Shown here piece after piece: positions 1 through 6,955 of a stretch of DNA of 22,294 nucleotides (the stretch's first letter is position 1; each line of letters begins with the position of its first letter). The notes beneath the pieces were generated by a model, which searched no databases, had not been told where the DNA came from, and worked only from the letters and a program-made list of their open reading frames with translations. The DNA is taken from assembly GCA_043750125.1 (NCBI GenBank), contig JAYVCD010000220.1, positions 1-22,294 of the forward strand, in the 5' to 3' direction. The stretch comes from Archangiaceae bacterium. Lineage in GTDB: Bacteria; Myxococcota; Myxococcia; Myxococcales; Myxococcaceae. The translations under genes and the position numbers were made by a program.

Positions 1-1835
1 GAAGCGTGCTCCACCACCACCTGGCACGTGAGACGCGGGCGGTGTTTGGTCCGCCCGCGAAGCCTACCGATCGTCTGCTCGATGAGGCGATGCGGGACAA
101 GGTATTCCGCACCACGCTGGAAGAGGTGGCGAAGGAAAAGAACCAATCGATCGAGGCAGTCCAGGGCGAGGCCAGGCGAAACCTCGACGAGATCGCCGCG
201 CGCTACATGCCTTCGGTGGTGGCGGTCGCTGCGCCGGTGCTGCGCTGGGTCTTCAACCGGATCTACGACGGAATCGAGGTCGACGAGGCAGGGCTCGAGC
301 GGGCGATGAAAGCGGCGGCGCACACCCCGGTGGTGATTACGCCCAGCCACAAGAGCCACATCGACTACCTGGTGATGAGCCACGTTCTGTGGGAACGCGG
401 GTACGCCGTTCCGGTGGTTGCCGCCGGCGCGAACCTGTCTTTTTTTCCGCTCGGCCCCTTCCTTCGTCGCGGAGGCGCTTTCTTTCTTCGCCGGACCTTC
501 AAGGGCGACAAGATCTACGGAGCGGCGTTTCGCGCCTACCTGAAGAAGCTCGTCCACGACGGAATCCACCACGAGTTCTTCCCGGAAGGAGGCCGTTCGC
601 GCACCGGCAAGCTGCTGCAGCCGAAGCTCGGAATGTTCACCTGGCTCGTGGACGCGGTGCTCGAAGGTGCGCGCGACGACCTGCTCTTCGTTCCGGTGGC
701 GATCGACTACGAGAAGGTCGTCGAGGGCGCCAGCTACACCGCCGAGCTTCGCGGGGGCGAGAAGAAGCCCGAAGACCTGTCGGCTCTGCTGTCGGCGCCC
801 AAGGTGCTCTCGGGAAACTACGGGCGCATTCACCTCGGCTTCGACGAGCCGGTGTCGCTCGCGGCCTTGATGCTGGAGCGCGGCATCGATCGTCGAGGCG
901 TGGTCACCGATGAGCAGAAGAAGGGCCTGGTCCGTGCACTGGGAAACCGGGTGATGTACGGAATTGGTCGGGTGTCGACGGTCACGCCGCACGCGCTGCT
1001 GGCGGCAGCCTTGCTCGCGCACCGCCGACGCGGCGTCTCGGCCCGCGAGGTCACCGATCGGGTCGTGCTGTTGCGCAAGGTAGCCGGCGACCTGCGTGCC
1101 CCGTTTTCGCGCCAGCTGCTCAATGCGCCTTCGAGCCCGACGGCCCTGGGCCCGGTCGCCGACGCGCTGAAGACCTTCATCGAGGAAGGAATGCTCAAGC
1201 CCGCCCAGGCGAAGGGCGAGACGATCTATGCACTCGATGACGACCGGCGATCCGAGCTCAGCTTCTACAAGAACACCCTGTTGAATCTCGTTGCGGGTCG
1301 AACGATCGTCGCCTGCGCATTGCTGGCTGACGAGACCCAGCTCACGCTGTCTGCGGTCTCTGAGCGCGCCCACTTCCTCTCGCGGCTCTTCAAGTTCGAG
1401 TTCGTCTTTCCAGTGGGGAAGAGCTTCGATCAAATCTTCGAAGACACGGTCGAGCACCTGGTCACACTGGGGCTGGTGGTGAAAGAAGGCCCGCAGCTGA
1501 AAGTCGCTCCCGAACCCTTCGCCCGGCCGCAGCTCGAGTTCTTGAGCGACTTGATTCGTGACTACCTCGAGTCGTACCTGATGACCGCGATGACGCTGAG
1601 CGAGGTCGGCGCGGGCCTGGACAAGAAGGAGTTCATTCGTCACGCGCTCGACACGGGCCGGGCCGAGTTCCTCGCGGGAAAGATCACCACGGCCGAGTCG
1701 ATCTCTCGCACCAACCTCGAGAGCGCCTTGCAGTGGCTTCTCGATCAGCAGGCGCTGGTCGAGAAAGACAAGAAGCTCAAGGTCGGCTCGAAGCCATTGC
1801 CCGAGCTGGGCGAACAGATCCGCGCCTACCTCTGA
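1..1835 (+). CDS. plsB: Glycerol-3-phosphate O-acyltransferase PlsB/GPAT family (5' end outside the window)
   Basis: Acyltransferase motifs HKSHID (HxxxxD), GAFFLRR, FPEGGRSRTG and VPVAIDYE. The frame is open to the left edge of the window. Confidence 0.88.
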   Translation, partial: SVLHHHLARETRAVFGPPAKPTDRLLDEAMRDKVFRTTLEEVAKEKNQSIEAVQGEARRNLDEIAARYMPSVVAVAAPVLRWVFNRIYDGIEVDEAGLERAMKAAAHTPVVITPSHKSHIDYLVMSHVLWERGYAVPVVAAGANLSFFPLGPFLRRGGAFFLRRTFKGDKIYGAAFRAYLKKLVHDGIHHEFFPEGGRSRTGKLLQPKLGMFTWLVDAVLEGARDDLLFVPVAIDYEKVVEGASYTAELRGGEKKPEDLSALLSAPKVLSGNYGRIHLGFDEPVSLAALMLERGIDRRGVVTDEQKKGLVRALGNRVMYGIGRVSTVTPHALLAAALLAHRRRGVSAREVTDRVVLLRKVAGDLRAPFSRQLLNAPSSPTALGPVADALKTFIEEGMLKPAQAKGETIYALDDDRRSELSFYKNTLLNLVAGRTIVACALLADETQLTLSAVSERAHFLSRLFKFEFVFPVGKSFDQIFEDTVEHLVTLGLVVKEGPQLKVAPEPFARPQLEFLSDLIRDYLESYLMTAMTLSEVGAGLDKKEFIRHALDTGRAEFLAGKITTAESISRTNLESALQWLLDQQALVEKDKKLKVGSKPLPELGEQIRAYL

Positions 1836-1858
1836 CGTCCTGATAGCCTTTTGAGCCA

Positions 1859-3052
1859 ATGCGCCTGCCTTCGCCGCTTCGCTTCAGTCGGTTGGTTGGT
1901 CTGTCGGTTCCCCTGTTCTGCTCTGCCGCCTTCGGGCAGGGCTTCGAGCTCGATCTTTCCGAGCCTGAGATCCCGGCCGAGTTTCGCCCTTCGATCGCGG
2001 TGATCGGCGTCAGCTCTGGCGAGGCGACCGAAGACCCGTTGACGACGGCACGCGCCAGATTGCTCGAGGCCGAGATGCTGAAGGCGGCCAGTGGCAGCGC
2101 GGCCTTCGGGTTGGTGATGAACCCGACCCAGGTGGCCGCTCAGCTCGGGGCCAAGGCCGCCGAAGCCCGGAAGTGCGTCGATTATTCGTGCCTCGACGCG
2201 GTGGCGAAGAAGCTGAAAGTCGACCGGATCCTGATGGGCCTGGTGACGAAATCGGGCCCGGCGAGCTTGTTGACTGTTCATGGCTTCGACTCGGTGCTTC
2301 CTGAAGTGGTCGAGGGGCTGATCGAGAGCGGCGAGCGGGCAGAGAAGGCGAAGGCCGGAGGCTTCGCGGGCCTCCAGGGAAAGAGCCAGGCCCAGAAGGA
2401 CAAGGAATTCGTGCGCAGCGCGGTGCCGGTCTTCCTCGAGGTGCTCGAGAAGATCAAAGCCAGCAATGGGAAGATTGCCGTCGACAGTGCCGAGCCCAGC
2501 TCGGTCGCGACGCTCAACGGGGTCGAGGTCGGAACGGGCTCGTTCGAGAAGGTGGTTCCCCGCGGCAGCTATGACGTGAAGGTGTCTGCGGCCGGCTACA
2601 TGCCCTACGAAGCCAAAGTGGTGGTCGAGCCGCAGCAGGTGGTTCCGGTGAAAGTGCTGCTGGTGGCCAAAGAGCTGTTGAAAAAACCGGTGGTGGCGGT
2701 CGAAGGGCGCACCGGGACTCCGGCCTTCGAACGGCCCGGCCTGTACATCGCCGTCGCGGGCGTGGCGGCGATCGTCGCGGGAGTGCTGATCGGAATGAGC
2801 GCCAAGTCGGTCGAGGCGCGCGCGAAGCCCGATGGCGAGGGGGTGGTTTCGATCAGTCGGACGGCGGCGAAGGGCGCTCAGACCAATGCTCTGATCGCCA
2901 ACGTGCTGGTCGGAGCCGGGGCAGCAGCCACGGTGGGTGGTGGGTTGTGGTTCATGCTCACCCCCGCTCCATCGAAGAAAAAAGAAGAAGCGCCTCCCGT
3001 CGATACGGGCGGCGGCTTCGGCTTGATGGTCGGCTATTCGGGGCGCTTCTGA
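1859..3052 (+). CDS. Exported PEGA-domain protein
   Basis: N-terminal signal-like segment; PEGA-like segment (VDSAEPSSVATLNGVEVG...VPRGSYDVKVSAAGY); two Gly/Ala-rich hydrophobic segments near the C-terminus; ends in a beta-strand-like GYSGRF. Confidence 0.72.
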   Translation: MRLPSPLRFSRLVGLSVPLFCSAAFGQGFELDLSEPEIPAEFRPSIAVIGVSSGEATEDPLTTARARLLEAEMLKAASGSAAFGLVMNPTQVAAQLGAKAAEARKCVDYSCLDAVAKKLKVDRILMGLVTKSGPASLLTVHGFDSVLPEVVEGLIESGERAEKAKAGGFAGLQGKSQAQKDKEFVRSAVPVFLEVLEKIKASNGKIAVDSAEPSSVATLNGVEVGTGSFEKVVPRGSYDVKVSAAGYMPYEAKVVVEPQQVVPVKVLLVAKELLKKPVVAVEGRTGTPAFERPGLYIAVAGVAAIVAGVLIGMSAKSVEARAKPDGEGVVSISRTAAKGAQTNALIANVLVGAGAAATVGGGLWFMLTPAPSKKKEEAPPVDTGGGFGLMVGYSGRF

Positions 3053-3062
3053 AGGCACCCAA

Positions 3063-3536
3063 TCACGGCGAAAGGATCTCCTCGATCCTCCGCTCGAACC
3101 ACGCCTGATCCTTCAGGCCGTTGACGACGGCGTTCAAGGTTCCGTCTGACCGCAAGAACACCGTCGAAGGCACCTGGTTGACCCCGAGTGGGCCCAGCGT
3201 TTCGGACTTCGCGATCGCGACCTTCGAGCCGATGTTGAATCGATGCGACGCCGCGAGCACCAACTGAGCGTCGGGCTCGATTGAGAGCGCTAGGAACCCC
3301 ACGCCCTTCTCTTCGTATTTCTGGCGCAGCGCTTCGAGCTCGGGAAACTCCCGAGCGCAAACACTTCAACCCGGGACCCAGATGTTCACCACCCACGGTC
3401 GTCCCTTCAGCGTGTCGCGGTCAATCGCCTCGCCCGTCAGCGACTCGGCCTTGAAGTGCTCTGGAATTCCGCGGCGCGGACGGTCGACGTAGTCACACCC
3501 CGCGACGATGAGAGCCAGCATCGCAAGCCACTTCAA
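3063..3536 (-). CDS. TlpA/ResA-like thiol-disulfide oxidoreductase lipoprotein, predicted selenoprotein (UxxC; TGA at 3366-3368 read as Sec57)
   Basis: ORFs 3366..3620 and 3063..3302 share a frame, joined by 21 open codons. The joined protein reads MKWLAMLALIVAGC...LKGRPWVVNIWVPG-U-SVCAREFPELEALRQKYEEKGVGFLALS...LGVNQVPSTVFLRSDG, a TlpA-type Trx fold with the cis-Pro motif VP. The TTG start overlaps the upstream TGA (TTGA); an alternative ATG lies at 3521. Confidence 0.88.
3328..3365 (-). promoter_or_regulatory. Bacterial SECIS-like stem-loop directly 3' of the in-frame UGA
   Basis: mRNA: UGA AGUGUUUGC GCUCGGGA GUU UCCCGAGC UCGAAGCGCU. Perfect 8-bp upper stem (3338-3356), apical loop starting with G 17 nt after the UGA, and a lower stem with G-U pairs. 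Confidence 0.75.
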
Positions 3537-4465
3537 GGCAGACACTCGACCCGGTTGAGCGTCGACTTCACTCCCACCTCTTCGCTGGCGGTGAAGTACC
3601 CGCGCCCATCGAACCGCCACGCGACGGCCTCGCCCTGCTGCTCGGCGCTGACCGGCATGTTGAGGGGAGTCGCGGCAAAGATCTGCTCGAACGGCGCTTC
3701 TGGGGGCACCTTGAGCTGGACCAGGCGGTTGTACATTCGCAGCAGCAGTGCGGTGCCGTCGGGGCTGAGGGACCCTCCGGTGAGCGGCTGGTCGGTGGGC
3801 TGGGGAATCGTCAGCTCGGCCACTTTGATCAAGACCGCCGTCTTCGACGAATCCATCGGCTGGGGAAACTTGAAGACCACGCTCGGAGCCCCCGCGCTCT
3901 GCTTGACGGCGAGGTACAGCTCGCCCGAAACCGGGTGGGCAAAGAGCGTCTCGGCGTTGTATTTCTCGCCGCCGGGGTACTCGAAGCCGAACCGCTCGTA
4001 CCCGACCTTCACGGTTCCGACCGGACTACCGACCGCGACCTGGGGCTCTTGAACCCGGTAGATCGCATAGTCCGAGCGGACCCGACGGTTGTCGCCGATG
4101 TCACCGAGGAACAAGCAGGTACCCGAGGGACAGGGGCCGATCGTCATGTCTTCCCAGTCGACCGCCTTTGCGCCCTCGAGCTCGAAGCGCCCCAGGGGCC
4201 GGGCCTCAGTGTCCATCGCGAAGAAGCGGGCGGTGTCGCCCGAATCGTTGTGCGCGTAGAGGACTCCGGGGTTGGCGCGGCTGGCGACCAGCCCGGACAG
4301 CTCGATCAGGTCCGGGTCGCCCAGAACAGGGCCAGCCCGGGCAGGCCCGAAGCGACAAATGCCGCCGGTGACGACCGGAGGAACAGGCCCAGGAACCGGA
4401 GCAGCGGCGCAGGCCAGCACCAGACCGAAGCTGCAGATCAGCGCTCTTCCCCTGGGCCCAGTCAC
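3533..4465 (-). CDS. Uncharacterised lipoprotein, probable beta-propeller
   Basis: Lipobox-like LVLAC; motifs ELSGLVAS, HNDSG, DWEDM, GDIGDN, NAETL, QGEAVAW and FTASE resemble repeated propeller blades. The GTG start at 4465 overlaps the upstream TGA (GTGA). Confidence 0.7.
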   Translation of the reverse strand: MTGPRGRALICSFGLVLACAAAPVPGPVPPVVTGGICRFGPARAGPVLGDPDLIELSGLVASRANPGVLYAHNDSGDTARFFAMDTEARPLGRFELEGAKAVDWEDMTIGPCPSGTCLFLGDIGDNRRVRSDYAIYRVQEPQVAVGSPVGTVKVGYERFGFEYPGGEKYNAETLFAHPVSGELYLAVKQSAGAPSVVFKFPQPMDSSKTAVLIKVAELTIPQPTDQPLTGGSLSPDGTALLLRMYNRLVQLKVPPEAPFEQIFAATPLNMPVSAEQQGEAVAWRFDGRGYFTASEEVGVKSTLNRVECLP

Positions 4466-4857
4466 ATCGACGCGTCCTGAACGATGAGCCACTTCTCACC
4501 CTTTTTGTGGAGCACGAGCAGCGTCTGTCCCGATGTGGCGGGCTTGTCGGAATAGGTCAGCGTCCATTTCGCGATCATCGAGACGGCATCGGTGCGCTCG
4601 CGGGTTTCGAGGAACTCGAACGAAAGCGTCCCCATCGCCTTCTTGTCCGGGTAGCGCTTCTGGTAGCGCTCGAGCACCGCTTGCCGTCCGCGCGTCACGC
4701 CGGTCGGGCTGACAAAGACCGCGTCGTCCGCGTACACCGAAGTAAACGCCGGCAGATCGCCCCGGTTCCACGCCTCGGCCTGCGTCAGGATCAACGCCTT
4801 GACGCTGTCGGACCCCGAGATCGGAGCCGCCATCAGCATCAATGCAATCGGGAGCAT
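4462..4857 (-). CDS. SnoaL/NTF2-like (DUF4440-type) exported protein
   Basis: AEAWNRGDLPAFTSVYADDAVFV...GRQAVLERY...WLIVQD is an NTF2-like pattern; short hydrophobic N-terminus. Confidence 0.78.
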   Translation of the reverse strand: MLPIALMLMAAPISGSDSVKALILTQAEAWNRGDLPAFTSVYADDAVFVSPTGVTRGRQAVLERYQKRYPDKKAMGTLSFEFLETRERTDAVSMIAKWTLTYSDKPATSGQTLLVLHKKGEKWLIVQDASM

Positions 4858-6242
4858 GTCGCGAGCCTCACTTTCTTCATTTCACCCAGGAACTTCGCGG
4901 GAGGAAGGTAACCGGTGATTTTGGGGTCGACGAGCAGCTCGCCCATCGCATCGACGAACGCAACGGTGGGCAGCCCGGCGACTCCGTAGTGCGCGTACAG
5001 CTTCTCGAGCACCGCGTGATCGGCCGTTCCATCGACCTTGATGTTCACGAACCGCTCGGACTCGTCGGCCACTTCGCGCGTGCTGTAGACGTTGGTGTCG
5101 AGCTCTTTGCAGGCCGAGCACCAGTCTGCGTAGAAGTCGATCATCACCGGCTTGCATTCCGCCTTGGCTTTGGCCATCGCTGCGTCGAAGGGATCTGCGC
5201 TTCCCGATGTCTCGGCGCTGAACTTCATCTGCCAGGCGATCTCGTGCCGTCCATCGCTCACCGGACGAGCCTCACCCGACGCCGTGCGCACCAATACCGC
5301 GACAGCCACCAACGCAACGCCCAGGAATTTGAGCGCGAACTCTCCGAATCGCGCCTTGAACGAGAGATGAATCGCGCCGAGCAGCACCCCGAGCAAGACC
5401 ATCGCGACGGCCAGGCCGACGCCCGCCGGTTTACCGAGCGTCATTCCGAGGTTGGTAAAAAAGTCCCGCAGCACCGGGAATGCATCGCGCAGGTAGCCGA
5501 AGGCGAGCGCAACGAGCGCGACCCCGAAGAAGCTCTTCACCCATTCCATCCACGCGCCGCCCTTGGGCAGCCGAACGGTGAAGACGCCGATCAAGAAGAA
5601 TGGAACGCCGATGCCCAGCGCGTAGACGAACAACAGCCCCCCGCCGACGATCGGGTCCTGGGTTCGAGAGACGTAGGCCAGCACCCCGGTGAGAACGGGC
5701 CCGGTGCAGGGAGCGGCCAGGAACCCCGAGACGCTGCCCATCAGCAGGGCGCCCACGTAGCCCCCACCGCCGACGGTGTTGAGCCGGGTGGCCAACGCCG
5801 AGGGCAGCGTCATCTCGAAAGCGCCGAACATCGAGCTGGCCAGGACGAGAAGAAATACGGCGAGACCCACGACGACCCACGGGTTTCCCAATGCCGAGCC
5901 GAACGCCTTGCCGGACAACGCGGCGATCACCCCCAACGCGCTGAAAACCAGCCCCATGCCGATGACGTAGAGCGAGGTGAGGACGGTGGCCTTCGCGCGG
6001 CTGTCGGCCTTGCGGGCACCGAACACCCCGACGGTGATTGGAATCAACGGGTAGACGCAAGGGGTCAGTGAGGTCAGCAGGCCGCCCAAAAAGATGGCGG
6101 GCACCGCGACGAACATCCGTCCGCTCTCGAGGAAGCCTGCGGCGTCGAAGCCGCTGGTCGGCCCCGCAGGGAGGATTTCGGGCAGCACTGCGAGCCCAAG
6201 TGCAAACAGCGCTGCCATTCCCGCAACTTTGGTCCACCGCAT
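4839..6242 (-). CDS. dsbD: DsbD-family protein-disulfide reductase (CcdA-type TM domain plus C-terminal thioredoxin domain)
   Basis: TM cysteine motifs SLTPCVYPLIP and AAPCTGP; LPKGGAWM; C-terminal IDFYADWCSACK and GLPT. Confidence 0.88.
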   Translation of the reverse strand: MRWTKVAGMAALFALGLAVLPEILPAGPTSGFDAAGFLESGRMFVAVPAIFLGGLLTSLTPCVYPLIPITVGVFGARKADSRAKATVLTSLYVIGMGLVFSALGVIAALSGKAFGSALGNPWVVVGLAVFLLVLASSMFGAFEMTLPSALATRLNTVGGGGYVGALLMGSVSGFLAAPCTGPVLTGVLAYVSRTQDPIVGGGLLFVYALGIGVPFFLIGVFTVRLPKGGAWMEWVKSFFGVALVALAFGYLRDAFPVLRDFFTNLGMTLGKPAGVGLAVAMVLLGVLLGAIHLSFKARFGEFALKFLGVALVAVAVLVRTASGEARPVSDGRHEIAWQMKFSAETSGSADPFDAAMAKAKAECKPVMIDFYADWCSACKELDTNVYSTREVADESERFVNIKVDGTADHAVLEKLYAHYGVAGLPTVAFVDAMGELLVDPKITGYLPPAKFLGEMKKVRLATCSRLH

Positions 6243-6319
6243 AAGTCCCTTATATGCGGCGGCGGGCCCATTCGTTTCACGTCATTCGGGAGTCGAGTCG
6301 GCGGGAATCATTGGCATCT

Positions 6320-6712
6320 TCAAACCAGCAGACCGGGCCAGTTGAGCATCCGAAAAGCGATCAGCGGGTCGGCGATTCGGTACACCGCGATCTCCGTCAC
6401 TTTTACTCCCACCTATTCCTGGGTGATCTGATCGGCGGTGAAGTGAAGCGTCTGCACCGTCGTCGGAACGATCGCCACCGAGTCCCAGGGCCACTTGAAG
6501 CACGAGGCGCCCTGCCCGCTGGAGACCACTTTTCCGCCGCTCATTCGCACCAGGAACTCGCTGGGCTTCGCGCTCACGTAGCCCCACTTCTTCATCTTCT
6601 CGGGGTCCTCGTCCGGCTTGCCCGAGCGCCAGCCGTGACGCATCGGGCTCGGGCCAGTCGAGAGCCCATGTTCACCACCGCTTCGCTTCTCATCAGTCTG
6701 GGGATTGCGCAT
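6320..6712 (-). pseudogene. Truncated SPFH/band-7 (flotillin-like) gene remnant with an internal TAG
   Basis: Reads KWGYVSAKPSEFLVRM...GASCFKWPWDSVAIVPTTVQTLHFTADQITQE*VGVKVTEIAVYRIADPLIAFRMLN, then stops at 6320. SPFH-like sequence continues in frame past the TAG at 6413-6415 and is lost after RMLN. Confidence 0.7.
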
Positions 6713-6909
6713 GGACCCGACACAGTGCAGCGGTCCTGCCGTTCTCAACCGCCCCAGAGCAGGCTTCCCCTCGGGCCGAATCGGCGCAGGTGATCCGTTC
6801 TGGACCGGTCGATTTATGAGCCCCGAATCGGATAAGCGCAGTTCATGAGCTTGAGGCCCTGATCGTGCCCCCAGCTAATACTTCGCGAAGGGTGCGATAA
6901 GATCGGTCC

Positions 6910-6934
6910 ATAGTGGACTTGACTAGTCCACATT
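6910..6934 (+). promoter_or_regulatory. IscR/Rrf2-type operator overlapping a putative -35 (TTGACT, 6919-6924) of the isc operon
   Basis: ATAGTGGACT-TGACT-AGTCCACATT contains the inverted repeat GTGGACT-N5-AGTCCAC, resembling the IscR type-1 site (GACT-N5-AGTC core), 21 nt upstream of iscS. Confidence 0.7.
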
Positions 6935-6955
6935 CGGCCGGTATTTGATCGCTCG

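Noticed and set aside
3063-3620. Two separate small genes (79 aa and 84 aa) or a pseudogene
   Set aside because: They share a frame, the single TGA sits at the catalytic Cys position, a SECIS-like hairpin follows and there are no other lesions. One selenoprotein gene explains this better.
6413-6415. Pyrrolysine or amber readthrough in the SPFH fragment
   Set aside because: The gene is also truncated about 30 codons later, no pyl genes are visible, and a single AAG-to-TAG change explains the stop.
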